Of a stretch of DNA of 64,000 nucleotides, positions 11,672 through 23,045 are shown in pieces. The notes below the pieces were generated by a model. That model worked only from the letters and a program-made list of their open reading frames with translations. It ran no database searches and had not been told where the DNA came from. Origin of the DNA: TPA_inf: Saccharomyces (Eukaryota); the NCBI GenBank assembly GCA_000146045.2, contig BK006945.2, positions 672,001 through 736,000 on the forward strand, given 5' to 3'. How positions within the stretch are numbered: position 1 is the first letter of the stretch; every line of letters starts with the position of its first letter. The position numbers and the translations under genes are program-made.

Positions 11672-14600
11672 TTATTCTTTTGCGGATACAACCTTGAAAC
11701 CTTGCTCCAATAATGCAGTGACGTCTTCATTTTTGTATGGTAGATTGTTTAGTACGAATGCAATATCATCCCATTGCTTTTGGGTCTCGCACTTTCTCAG
11801 TCTTCCAACTAATTTCTCGTTTAATTGCTTTTGGTGCCGTTCCTTATCGATAAAAGTTAACAGAAATTTGATGATTTTCTTGAAACTCTCCTTACCCAAT
11901 AAATCATCTGACGATAAATTACTAAAGATATCGATGAATCCATTATAAATGGCGTTGTCCTTGGATGCTAACTCGGTGAAAAATAATCTGCACATATCAC
12001 TTATTCCCTGGTCTGGATTGTCTAGGCATTTGGCCATTTCTCCTAATTGTCCTTTAACCTTAACCTGTCCAGCTAAAATCAAGAAGGTAACTGTCATTAA
12101 ACATGTTCTTTGTACCATTAAGTTTTCATCATGCAAACGGCGATACAAATAATCTGTGTTTTCGTCTACTAAGTTGTTGAAGCATACTGCCATGTCACCT
12201 AGTCCTAAGACAGCATTTGAGCGAATAGTAGGATCAGGAGATTTTTCCATTACTGTGATTAATAGCGGCAGGCTCTTTTCACAATATTTTGATGATAAAC
12301 ACATTAGTTTTTCTAGACATAAGGTTGCCGTTCTTTGAAGCATTGGATCGCTAAACCTGCTTGAATTAGAAACAATCTCTTCTACAATTGGGCAAAACTT
12401 CCCTAATATAGATTTTTCTCCAAATAGTAATTCATTCTCTTTTACAAATTGAATAGCATCCGTGAAATCGTCCTCATTAGTACCTCCTATCATTTCTAGC
12501 TCTTTATCACCACCGTTATCTTGTGTGGTGTTAGTTACATCTGCACCTTGGTTTTTTACTTTACCGTTCCGAGTTTCTGCCTCGATCTTTCTTTTCTTGA
12601 ATTCTGCCTCACATTTCTCTAGATAGACAAGTGTTTTAATTGCCACTTGTCCTACAATGAATAATAATTGACTGAGAGAAACAACTCTAGATGATTGTTC
12701 TAACGACAAAATAGAGTCTTCCTCTTCAGGTTTACCAAATGTCATCATTGTCTTTTCTCTAATCAGATCTGTAGCTAGTATATCGGGCTTAGAAGAGATT
12801 GTAAACAGTGCACTAAGCGCTTGTTCGCACATAGGATAATATTCATTATCCTTGGTATAGTTGATAATTATGGCATACAACTTTTTCACTGCAACATCTT
12901 CAAGCTCTTGATTTATTGCCTTGGTAATAATAGTGCTTCTCTTGGGAACCATTCTCTCTAACGCTAAACAAGAATACCGACAAAGGGTCAGATCTTTTAA
13001 ACCAACGGCACCAAGTCCAATGTTTAAAAGTGACTCCAGTCCTTTTAATGCTATTTCGTTATCGGCTAACGATAACATTCCTAAAATAATAATAGAACCA
13101 TGAATTTGTTCCTTAGAAAACCCTTTTTCGGAGTCACGGTTGTTCACATTTTGTTCTTTCTGCATACTGGCCTTCGATGCAGAATTGTAAATAGCCCAAA
13201 GGATATTAATGACATGTTGATCAATCAATTTTTGTTCATACATCATTCCTAATAGCTGTTCCAAAGAGGCCAAGTCTGCAATAGATGCGCCGATGCTTAG
13301 ATTAATTAAATTTTTGGCAATATGTGCCGCCTTCTCCTGCATATTGCAACTATCTGGCGCGGTTAAAAATAGCTGCTTATAACATTCTATCAAATGTACT
13401 GATATACTCGTTCCTTCATCGTTTGTGCCCTTCATCCAAACCAAATGCAGCATTTTTTTTATACCAAATTCGCTTAACTCAATGTCAAAAGCGTCTGCTA
13501 AAACTAGGAAGTCCATTGATTCTAAAACTTCGTTTCTGTTCTTAGAAAACAGCAAATTAGATATCAATTCAATACTCTTGTGTATCTCTTTAATGAAACT
13601 AATGGCATCTTTATAGTAAACAATCATTAACTTTAGCTTCATGAGAACACTGGTATTTGTTGCATTTATATTCTCTACCTCATTTTCTATTCTAGAAAGT
13701 TCTGCGCTCTTATTGAAAGAACCTTCTAACTCGGTCCTACATTGACCTTCATCTTGTTCTACCTCTTCTTCAATCAAAGACCTTTCAATCGTGTCATTCA
13801 GAGTTTCTTGTGACTCTACTTTCTTTAAAGTGGAATTTAGCTGTGATTCAGATCCTTTGAGATATTCTTCCCATTCACTCAGCCTCAATTGGCTACCATG
13901 TATGGCCTTAAAAGGATGTTTTAGCAATAATTTTGAAAGTAACTTTACTGAGTTCCTACGAACTAAAGAGGAGCGGTCCTGCAATGATCGTACTGCCAAC
14001 GAAGTAAATTTAGCTTTGCTTTTGTTAAATTTCGAACTCAAATCGCAGATCTTTGAACACCCTTGTATCGCCTTCGTTCTAACGTAGGGATTTGAATCCT
14101 GGAATCTTTCTTCTAGTAACTCAATAAGTACGGCTATTTGTTGTTTATAATGTTCCATAGTTTGTGGGTCTTGAGCCAATTCAGCCACAATATTTCCACA
14201 TGCTTCTACAACGGAACATCTCAATGTTATAGAACTATTGTTGAGTAAGGTGATGACAAGATTCATCTGTCGAAGCATTATTCCTGGTGATAGCTCTGAT
14301 AATTTAATCAAAAAATTTGATATTGCCTTTGGGCCTGTGGTATCCTTTGCGTTAAATACCCTGGTGCTGATTTCTTTCAAGATATCTTCTGTTAGTTGTG
14401 GATAGTTATATTCATCATTCAATAGTTTTAGTAATTCTGCATTAAAAACCGACAAATGAAGAAAATAAGTTAAATTTGTCATCAATGAACTTTGTATACT
14501 TGAACTTTGACCGTGATTTTTAACACACATAGCCAAAATCCTTTGAATAAACATCTTTAGTGATGATACCTTCGTCACAGGTTCAATCTCTAATAACACA

Positions 14601-15202
14601 AATAATGGTCTTGTGAACAAACCAATAAACAAATCCTTTTCAGGAGTTGTCTGAAATATCTTAGATAAGTTAATCTCCAGTAGCTTTGTTATAGATTCAA
14701 GCAAGTTTTCCATTTGATTACAGTCTCTTTTAAACAGCTCGACGTTTGCACTATCATTCTTACTGTTTTTGGCAGAACGGTTTAGATTGGTAGACTGCGA
14801 GGAGACCTTATGTAACTCATCTTGTAAAAACGTCAAAAGTACCTGAATAAGGTAGCCATACTCTTCTAAATGCCTTTTCCACTGCGGTATCAGGCCACCA
14901 ATTTCAGTAAAGTTAACATTTGATGAGAGATTAGCCTTAATATCTTTTGACAGATTCGACAGAGATGAACTTATCAAATAGCTTAGTTGAGTTTGTAATT
15001 TCGGTGTTAAGTGCGGGAAGTCATGGCAAAGATCTATTAATGCTTCTAGTGAATCTGGACTAGCATCTATTTGTTCGGGTGAAACGGCCAATTGGTCTAT
15101 GATAACATTCAGTTCTCTGGATGGGTCCTGCAAGCGAGGATATGATTCTCGATCTGTTGTTTGGAACTTGGTCAGATACTCGGAAAGGCTAAAGCCGGAC
15201 AT
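11672..15202 (-). CDS. YCS4: Condensin non-SMC subunit Ycs4 (CAP-D2 homolog), 1176 aa.
   Basis: Large HEAT-repeat protein. Size and position (YLR272C) match. ATG confirmed at 15200-15202. Confidence 0.9.
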   Translation of the reverse strand: MSGFSLSEYLTKFQTTDRESYPRLQDPSRELNVIIDQLAVSPEQIDASPDSLEALIDLCHDFPHLTPKLQTQLSYLISSSLSNLSKDIKANLSSNVNFTEIGGLIPQWKRHLEEYGYLIQVLLTFLQDELHKVSSQSTNLNRSAKNSKNDSANVELFKRDCNQMENLLESITKLLEINLSKIFQTTPEKDLFIGLFTRPLFVLLEIEPVTKVSSLKMFIQRILAMCVKNHGQSSSIQSSLMTNLTYFLHLSVFNAELLKLLNDEYNYPQLTEDILKEISTRVFNAKDTTGPKAISNFLIKLSELSPGIMLRQMNLVITLLNNSSITLRCSVVEACGNIVAELAQDPQTMEHYKQQIAVLIELLEERFQDSNPYVRTKAIQGCSKICDLSSKFNKSKAKFTSLAVRSLQDRSSLVRRNSVKLLSKLLLKHPFKAIHGSQLRLSEWEEYLKGSESQLNSTLKKVESQETLNDTIERSLIEEEVEQDEGQCRTELEGSFNKSAELSRIENEVENINATNTSVLMKLKLMIVYYKDAISFIKEIHKSIELISNLLFSKNRNEVLESMDFLVLADAFDIELSEFGIKKMLHLVWMKGTNDEGTSISVHLIECYKQLFLTAPDSCNMQEKAAHIAKNLINLSIGASIADLASLEQLLGMMYEQKLIDQHVINILWAIYNSASKASMQKEQNVNNRDSEKGFSKEQIHGSIIILGMLSLADNEIALKGLESLLNIGLGAVGLKDLTLCRYSCLALERMVPKRSTIITKAINQELEDVAVKKLYAIIINYTKDNEYYPMCEQALSALFTISSKPDILATDLIREKTMMTFGKPEEEDSILSLEQSSRVVSLSQLLFIVGQVAIKTLVYLEKCEAEFKKRKIEAETRNGKVKNQGADVTNTTQDNGGDKELEMIGGTNEDDFTDAIQFVKENELLFGEKSILGKFCPIVEEIVSNSSRFSDPMLQRTATLCLEKLMCLSSKYCEKSLPLLITVMEKSPDPTIRSNAVLGLGDMAVCFNNLVDENTDYLYRRLHDENLMVQRTCLMTVTFLILAGQVKVKGQLGEMAKCLDNPDQGISDMCRLFFTELASKDNAIYNGFIDIFSNLSSDDLLGKESFKKIIKFLLTFIDKERHQKQLNEKLVGRLRKCETQKQWDDIAFVLNNLPYKNEDVTALLEQGFKVVSAKE

Positions 15203-15857
15203 CTCATAAAGTAACGAAGTCAGTTACCACCTATCAAAGGATAAAGATATTGTTACTGCTGCTTCCTTTACCTTTCTTTTTTTTGGTCAGTGACAGGTTA
15301 TTTTCTTTGTTTACTAAATGGTCGCAAGATTTTCGCGATGCGTTTAATTTTCATATTATTGCTTTCCAATTTACCCAAAGTGCAATTGACAAAGGCCATT
15401 AGTCTTTCTTTTTACAACAGTAAGAATATAAATATACAAGTGCAGTATTTAAGATACTTAATTCGAAAAGTGAAAAAAAAAAAAAAGAATCTGGAATTGG
15501 TTATTTTAATTTCTCATATGAATTGCTTTCCAAATTCTTGCAATCAATAACATTTTTTATTTATTTTTTTTTCAAGATCAGAACATGTATATATATATAT
15601 ATATATACTGTTCATACCAACAATTATCATTTAGTAGTAAAGTTTGTGATAACGATCAAGCTAGAAACTCCATAGATATCCTGACCCTTACTCGTTGTAA
15701 ATAAAAGGCTCGCGACAAGAAAACAACGCGTTACTTGATAATAATTTTAAAATCAAACAAAAGAGGTGGGGGAAAGAAGCCCTTACTATTGAATAGCAGA
15801 CATTTTATTCATCTCGCAATACTACTACATTTCTATGAAATATAACAGGTATAAAAA

Positions 15858-15931
15858 ATGATTTCGCCCAGGATCGAACTGGGGACGTTCTGCGTGTTAA
15901 GCAGATGCCATAACCGACTAGACCACGAAAC
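15858..15931 (-). tRNA. tV(AAC): tRNA-Val (anticodon AAC), 74 nt, no intron.
   Basis: The reverse complement GGTTTCGTGGTCTAGTCGGTTATGGCATCTGCTTAACACGCAGAACGTCCCCAGTTCGATCCTGGGCGAAATCA folds as a cloverleaf. Anticodon loop TTAACAC, T-loop GTTCGATCC. Confidence 0.9.
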
Positions 15932-15949
15932 CTATTATTTATGTTTAAT

Positions 15950-16240
15950 CCACGTTACACCACCAATTATACAAAAATAAAAAAGAATGACGGCAAAAAA
16001 GCAAAAAGTGACATTAATCATATTTGTTTATGTCTTATTCTACTGGTAGTATTCATCCATTAGTATATTACTCTCTGTATAAGGTTATAATGTTGAAATG
16101 ATAATCAACTATTGTGTATGATCAATTGGTGAATAATTTGATAATTGTTGGGATTCCATTTTGCTTAAGGCAATATAATATTATGTATACACAATATACT
16201 AGAAGTTTCTCCTCAAGGATATAAGACTCAATAACATGGA
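15950..16240. mobile_element. Degenerate LTR fragments next to tRNA-Val. They include a short delta-like 5-prime fragment (about 16091-16137) abutting an inverted delta 3-prime-end fragment (about 16138-16240).
   Basis: tgttgaaatgataatcaactattg resembles the delta start TGTTGGAATAGAAATCAACTATC. tgataattgttgggattccatttt...ctagaagtttctcctcaagga matches the reverse complement of the Ty1/Ty2 delta 3-prime end. Confidence 0.5.
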
Positions 16241-16368
16241 AACAACATTTCTCCACAAAATTTTGTAATTATCTTTCTTCCATTTTATATGTTTCACATC
16301 CTATTAATCCTCAATTCTCGCATGTTCGGTTTCATATTAAATTTGACTACTGTTTCACATAGTATATT

Positions 16369-16672
16369 TGTTGAAATGAAACTCTAAAATATCATTTATT
16401 AGTAGTATTCATGTTACTAGAATCTATTATCATATGCGGTGTAACAAGATGGCATAAAGATTGGGAAACAGTCATCAAATATAATGGAAGCTGAAATGCA
16501 AGGACTGATAATGTAATAGGACAATGAAACATATAAAACGAAAGGTGTAATAATTATAAGATTTTGTGGAGAAATATTGTTTCTCTTTTATTGATTCGTA
16601 TATTCTCGAGGAGAACTTCTAGTATATTTCACATACTCAATAATATAACGTTTACTAAAGATGGTGTTAACA
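16369..16672 (+). mobile_element. Diverged solo delta-type LTR (Ty1/Ty2 family), about 300 bp, plus orientation.
   Basis: Collinear similarity to delta. tgttgaaatgaaactc...tattatcatatgcggtgtaacaagatgg...ggaagctgaaatgcaaggactgataatgtaatagga...ctcgaggagaacttctagtatatttcacatactcaataatat aligns with the canonical delta sequence. Confidence 0.6.
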
Positions 16673-17082
16673 TGTTAAAAAAACTTCGATTGTTAAGAGT
16701 CCTTTTGTTATACAACTCTTTAAACGACTGTTTAAACCTATCATTTCATCACAAACTGTAAAGGTAAGAGTTAAAGCAGATATATCACCTATCAACTGCA
16801 GCTAAATATCGTGAAATGAAAAACTAATCGTTATTTGCACCAATAAAGAACGAAAATCCCCCACTGAATTTAAAATATTTCTAAAGAACTAAAGTCATTT
16901 CGACTAATGAGAAACTAAAGTCAGAAACAAAAATGCAAAAGCAATATTAACTTATGTGAGCAAAATATTTCATATCTAATCTATGAAGGCAAAAGAATAT
17001 GATTAACTATTTTATTAATTTTAATTAAAATTTTATTCTCTTCATTCCAAGGATTTTGTTATTATTGTAATATGGGCGATGG

Positions 17083-19029
17083 TTAGGGTGACGGCGACTT
17101 ATAAAAATAATCACGAAAAATGTGAATTTTATTAGGGCTAAGAGAGGTTCTCTCCTCATATTCTCCTGAGCTGTCACTCATATTATCACCTGGAAAAAAT
17201 GGTAATGAGGTTGTGGTATTCAAGGGAGAAATTTCCGGAGATGAGCTTTCCCTCCCGCTGTTGATATAATCTTGGTATAGTAAATCTTCTTCCGCCTTTA
17301 TGGTTGCAATGGATAACTGAGAACAAGAGGCTGATTCTACTGGTCGCTCCTCTTTTCTTTTCATCAATGTATCGGTAGAATTATTCCAAGTGGTGTAGGT
17401 GAAGGAAGTTCTATGCTCATCATCGTGTAATGGCGTCTCGTTTAACGTGGTCCTTGTCTTAGCGCTTTTCCACTCTTTGGCCAAATTATCTTCAAGCTTT
17501 TGTGTTTTTGAACCTAAGGTCCTATCATCGGTATTTAATGTGAATGTGTCATCTATTATGGGAGGCCTGCTAAAAGGCTCTGGTTTTGGATAATTTTTAA
17601 ATTGTAAGATATCTGAGTCAGCCAGTGCTTTCCCTAGTCCGTGGTTACTAAATTCCCAATAGTTAAAATCTTGTAGCGATAAGTCATATGAGCTATCGGA
17701 CATGTCCTCATTAGTTTGGGAATCAGGCGGTTCAAAGAAATAATTAAATGGTTCAATTTCACAATCAATTGTTTCAGCTTTGAAAGTTTGGGATACAGGT
17801 TCGGTTTTACAAGCCGCTTTTGTTTCAAACGATTGATAAAATTTGTGCTTTAACGGGGAGTCGTTGTAGTAATCTGTATCTTTAATGAATTTTCTGAGAG
17901 GCTTTTTAGAATTTTCATTATTTTTCGACATAGTAACCTCTGCATTGCTAGCCCCCATTTTGGAAGGCCCAAGATTGGAATTAAATATCGATGAATTCGA
18001 AACCGCACGATTTAGATTTATTGCTGACAAAGAGATCGTTATTTCATAGTTTTTATAGTCATTATTATCGTAAAATGATCTATATTCGAAACCATTTACA
18101 TCATAACGACAACAGAACTGCAAATTCAGGAGACAAGTAGTTTTCCTTTCAAAAAAGTTAGTGTAAATCAAGTTTTTTGATATTAGATTTAACTTCAACG
18201 CAGATATATCAATAATAAATTTGAATTCGTCAACATGAGGGGTGACAGACTTGTTGTAGTGTGCATTAATATAGTGAATATCTGCCCAGTTATTTAAAGT
18301 AAATTTTATCTCTATTTTTTTCTCGAAGTTCAAATTATTGACAAATATAAGGCCCCAGATTTGACAGTTACCAAAATTATTGCTACAAATATCCTCGTAG
18401 CTTACAGGATCAGATAGTTCTAATGAATGAACCTTTATATTTTGTCCATTTAAGTATTTGAAAATCTTGTCTTCCAACCCAGTAACGTCCACTTTATAGT
18501 CACTTTTGAATGGATTCAAATTATTACTGACCAGTTTCCAATCTGCCATATCGAATGTCTCCTCTTCACCAAAGCAGAGAATCTCCTTTTCAATGAACAT
18601 GCTACGATCATGCATAAGCATTGCATTATCCTCTACGTCACTCTCGTTGTCATACTCAACATCCTTATTGTCATATTCTAAATCACTGTAATCTAAAATG
18701 TCTAAACTATAACGATGATCTTCACCTCCAATGAAGGGGAACGTTAGTGGAATGGCATTGTTATGCAAATTTCTTGTAAGATTTGAAGCGGCTTTTTCTG
18801 ATATCGAGATAGGCGCCAATTTTGTGTTGAACTTTTTGACTGTGTATAAATGTGCAGCAAACCTTACCGATTTCCCTGATGATGAAGATGATGTCGACGA
18901 AGATGCAGATGTAGAGTCTTCTAGTGGTGAAAATGAATTAGAGGTTGTTGAGGAAACAAAAGAAGAAGTGGAGATTGTTTTTGCGAGTTTCAAAGACGGT
19001 TTAAGCTTCTTACCATGGCTGTAAGGCAT
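17083..19029 (-). CDS. PIG1: Putative Glc7 (PP1) glycogen-targeting regulatory subunit Pig1, 648 aa.
   Basis: The track ORF starts at TTG (19039-19041). The first ATG gives MPYSHGKKLKPSLK. A CBM21-like region is present. Size and position (YLR273C) match. Confidence 0.85.
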   Translation of the reverse strand: MPYSHGKKLKPSLKLAKTISTSSFVSSTTSNSFSPLEDSTSASSSTSSSSSGKSVRFAAHLYTVKKFNTKLAPISISEKAASNLTRNLHNNAIPLTFPFIGGEDHRYSLDILDYSDLEYDNKDVEYDNESDVEDNAMLMHDRSMFIEKEILCFGEEETFDMADWKLVSNNLNPFKSDYKVDVTGLEDKIFKYLNGQNIKVHSLELSDPVSYEDICSNNFGNCQIWGLIFVNNLNFEKKIEIKFTLNNWADIHYINAHYNKSVTPHVDEFKFIIDISALKLNLISKNLIYTNFFERKTTCLLNLQFCCRYDVNGFEYRSFYDNNDYKNYEITISLSAINLNRAVSNSSIFNSNLGPSKMGASNAEVTMSKNNENSKKPLRKFIKDTDYYNDSPLKHKFYQSFETKAACKTEPVSQTFKAETIDCEIEPFNYFFEPPDSQTNEDMSDSSYDLSLQDFNYWEFSNHGLGKALADSDILQFKNYPKPEPFSRPPIIDDTFTLNTDDRTLGSKTQKLEDNLAKEWKSAKTRTTLNETPLHDDEHRTSFTYTTWNNSTDTLMKRKEERPVESASCSQLSIATIKAEEDLLYQDYINSGRESSSPEISPLNTTTSLPFFPGDNMSDSSGEYEERTSLSPNKIHIFRDYFYKSPSP

Positions 19030-19400
19030 TTGTAAAAACAAAGAGTAAAATTATTGACCTTATAACAAGCGTCAAAGAAACGAGCATAGAAGTATTATAC
19101 GGCCTTTATTTGTCAGATTATACTCCAGACTTAGTAAAAAATTCAATTAAATTCCAAACTGCTTACCCCAGATTTAGTGAATAAGAGCCCTTTATTCTAC
19201 CCGCTTATCTCTGGATGTAAAACAAATAAACGCGTAATAGAGCAGTCAAACTAACAGCAGTAAACTGTCAATATCAAAAACGTAACAATTGATTCAAATC
19301 AGTTTATTCTAAGCCGCCTATGCCAGCCTTTAATTTTCTTCTCCTCCTCTTCACTCCCAGGTTAAGCCATTTAGTTTGTTGCTATGCGGTGTGTGGCGTG

Positions 19401-19416
19401 TTTCCCTTTTAGGAAA
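19401..19416. promoter_or_regulatory. Early cell-cycle box (Mcm1 P-box, TTTCCCTTTTAGGAAA) about 140 bp upstream of MCM5.
   Basis: A near-palindromic CC(W)6GG core flanked by TTT/AAA. MCM5/CDC46 is a known ECB-regulated M/G1 gene. Confidence 0.6.
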
Positions 19417-19554
19417 AGTGATTACTTGCAGTTTCGCGAAATCTCGAAGAATTTTTTCAACTTATTGAAAGAACATGAATATACTTGTTAACGTGATTAA
19501 ACGTTTTATCAGAACAACCTAAGAGTATCTCCTTGGTGAATTAGAAGCCAGATA

Positions 19555-21882
19555 ATGTCATTTGATAGACCGGAAATATACAGTGCTCCTGTTTTACAAG
19601 GAGAATCTCCTAACGACGATGATAATACTGAAATCATAAAGTCCTTTAAGAATTTCATTTTGGAGTTCAGACTTGACTCGCAATTTATTTACAGAGATCA
19701 GTTAAGGAACAACATCCTTGTGAAGAATTATTCTTTAACGGTTAACATGGAGCATTTGATCGGATATAACGAAGACATATATAAGAAACTATCAGACGAA
19801 CCTTCAGATATCATTCCATTATTCGAAACCGCGATCACACAAGTGGCTAAAAGGATAAGTATTCTAAGCAGAGCTCAATCTGCTAATAACAATGACAAAG
19901 ATCCAGAAAATACTAGTATGGATACTGATTCTCTCTTATTGAACTCTTTACCAACATTTCAATTAATTTTAAACTCCAATGCAAATCAGATTCCATTGAG
20001 AGATTTGGATTCTGAACACGTCTCCAAGATTGTCCGTTTATCAGGTATTATAATATCCACGTCAGTTTTATCTTCCCGTGCCACGTACCTTTCTATAATG
20101 TGCAGAAATTGCAGACACACAACATCAATAACAATCAACAATTTCAATTCTATCACAGGCAATACCGTCAGTTTACCACGTTCTTGCTTATCTACGATTG
20201 AGAGTGAATCTTCTATGGCAAACGAGTCGAATATTGGTGATGAATCGACCAAGAAAAATTGTGGACCTGATCCATATATTATTATCCATGAGTCTTCAAA
20301 GTTTATTGATCAACAGTTTTTAAAATTACAGGAAATCCCAGAACTGGTTCCAGTAGGTGAGATGCCTAGAAACTTAACAATGACTTGTGACCGATACCTA
20401 ACAAACAAAGTTATTCCTGGTACGAGAGTCACTATAGTAGGTATTTATTCCATCTATAATTCTAAAAATGGTGCCGGATCCGGAAGGAGCGGGGGTGGAA
20501 ATGGAGGAAGTGGTGTTGCTATTAGAACACCTTATATCAAAATATTAGGTATTCAGTCCGATGTAGAAACCTCCTCTATTTGGAATTCAGTAACTATGTT
20601 TACTGAGGAGGAAGAAGAGGAATTTCTACAGCTAAGTAGAAACCCGAAGCTTTATGAAATTTTGACCAACTCTATTGCCCCCTCTATTTTTGGTAATGAA
20701 GATATAAAAAAAGCCATTGTATGTTTATTGATGGGTGGTTCCAAGAAGATATTACCCGATGGTATGAGGTTAAGAGGTGATATCAATGTACTATTATTAG
20801 GTGATCCAGGTACCGCCAAATCTCAACTATTGAAATTTGTGGAGAAAGTGTCACCTATTGCGGTATATACATCTGGTAAGGGATCTTCTGCAGCTGGGTT
20901 AACTGCCAGTGTACAAAGAGATCCGATGACAAGAGAATTTTATTTGGAAGGTGGTGCTATGGTGCTTGCCGATGGTGGTGTTGTATGCATCGATGAATTC
21001 GATAAAATGAGAGATGAAGATAGAGTGGCCATTCATGAAGCTATGGAGCAGCAAACAATCTCCATCGCAAAAGCTGGTATCACTACAGTGCTAAATTCTA
21101 GAACTAGTGTTTTAGCGGCTGCTAATCCGATATACGGCCGGTATGATGATTTGAAGTCTCCTGGTGACAACATTGATTTCCAAACTACTATTTTATCCCG
21201 TTTTGATATGATTTTTATTGTTAAGGATGACCATAATGAAGAACGTGATATTTCAATAGCTAACCACGTTATTAATATTCATACAGGAAATGCTAATGCT
21301 ATGCAAAACCAACAAGAGGAAAATGGCAGTGAAATTAGTATTGAAAAGATGAAACGTTACATTACGTATTGTAGATTGAAATGTGCACCAAGACTTTCAC
21401 CGCAGGCCGCTGAAAAACTGTCATCGAACTTCGTCACCATTAGGAAGCAATTATTAATCAACGAATTAGAGTCAACGGAAAGGTCGTCTATTCCAATTAC
21501 CATTCGTCAATTAGAAGCTATTATTAGAATAACAGAATCATTAGCCAAGTTAGAATTAAGTCCTATTGCACAGGAGAGACATGTTGACGAAGCTATTAGA
21601 TTGTTTCAAGCTTCCACAATGGACGCAGCGTCTCAGGATCCAATTGGCGGCTTAAATCAAGCAAGCGGAACATCTTTGTCAGAAATCCGTCGTTTTGAAC
21701 AAGAACTAAAAAGAAGATTACCTATAGGCTGGTCTACTTCTTATCAAACTTTGAGGAGAGAATTTGTAGATACACATAGATTTTCTCAATTAGCACTGGA
21801 TAAGGCCTTATATGCCCTAGAGAAGCATGAAACAATTCAATTGAGACACCAGGGACAGAATATTTACAGAAGTGGTGTATGA
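19555..21882 (+). CDS. MCM5: MCM2-7 helicase subunit Mcm5/Cdc46, 775 aa.
   Basis: Walker [16 protein letters not shown] box, arginine finger SRFD. Length and position (YLR274W) match. Confidence 0.95.
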
Positions 21883-22377
21883 CAACAATAAAGTCTTAGC
21901 TTGACGCCTTTTCTACTTGTTTGCATGTAATGAATCTAAAAAATTCGCTACAAATACTTCATTATTATATTTCTATATAAATTCTGTAAACGAAATTATA
22001 CTTTTTGAGGTTTCATCTGCGTCTCATATTCTTTTTGTATAATAAACGCACAGACTTGATATGACCGTCAATCAAAATAATTCAAAGCTTCTTAAAAAAG
22101 AAATTGAAATCAAAGACATACGAAAGAAATTAGAAAATAGAGGTCGATTTACCACTGAACAATCCTACAGTACATGAGCTCTTGAAGTGACTTTATGGGG
22201 ACCAATTTGTCCTATCGTGATATTACTACGGGTAATACTACCAAATGAAAATTATCTTACTCAAAAGGTATGACAAGAACATCATCACTAGAACATCATC
22301 ATTCTTAATAGCAAGCGCCATCACGTTTGCCCCGCCTTTGACAGTTGATTAGAGGAGTATTATAAAACCGTTTTATC

Positions 22378-22800
22378 ATGTCGTATGTTTGATCTTAACC
22401 ATTTTTACATCCTATAATTTGGAGTGAATTTTTATATACTAACTTAAAAGTAATTGATTTGTATCTTTCCAGTTCACAAATAATTGATCGTCCAAAACAT
22501 GAACTCTCTAGAGCAGAATTAGAGGAACTAGAAGAATTTGAATTCAAACATGGTCCAATGTCCCTGATAAATGATGCTATGGTGACAAGAACACCTGTGA
22601 TAATCTCATTAAGAAACAATCATAAAATAATAGCGAGAGTGAAAGCTTTCGACAGGCATTGTAATATGGTTTTAGAAAATGTGAAGGAGCTTTGGACAGA
22701 GAAGAAGGGCAAAAATGTAATTAATCGGGAAAGATTCATAAGTAAACTATTCTTAAGAGGTGATTCAGTTATCGTTGTGTTAAAAACCCCTGTTGAGTAA
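22378..22800 (+). CDS. SMD2: Sm protein D2 (core snRNP), 110 aa. Two exons: 22378-22382 (ATGTC) and 22473-22800.
   Basis: ATGTC followed by the GTATGT 5-prime splice site at 22383. Branchpoint TACTAAC at 22437-22443. 3-prime splice site tttccAG at 22471-22472. The spliced product MSSQIIDRPKHELSRAELEELEEF... has an Sm fold. The track ORF (TTG start 22459) covers only exon 2. Confidence 0.9.
22383..22472 (+). other. SMD2: SMD2 intron (90 nt).
   Basis: GTATGT...TACTAAC...AG canonical yeast intron signals. Confidence 0.85.
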
Positions 22801-23045
22801 AAAGTAAGACAAGCAGCCCTCAATCAACAAGGAAAGCAAATCATCGTAAGAAACTTTACAGTCAGCGGAAAGCCTTTTTTTATTTTGGAAGTAAGACCAA
22901 TTATTATTGGCTGATTTTCTAGCTCTTGCGAAAGTATTATATTCAAGAAAACGAATAAAGCATCTATATTATCACATTTAACTAAAGAGCATTTTTAATA
23001 AGTAGATTTTTACATAAAATATAGAATAAATATCAATATTATTAA

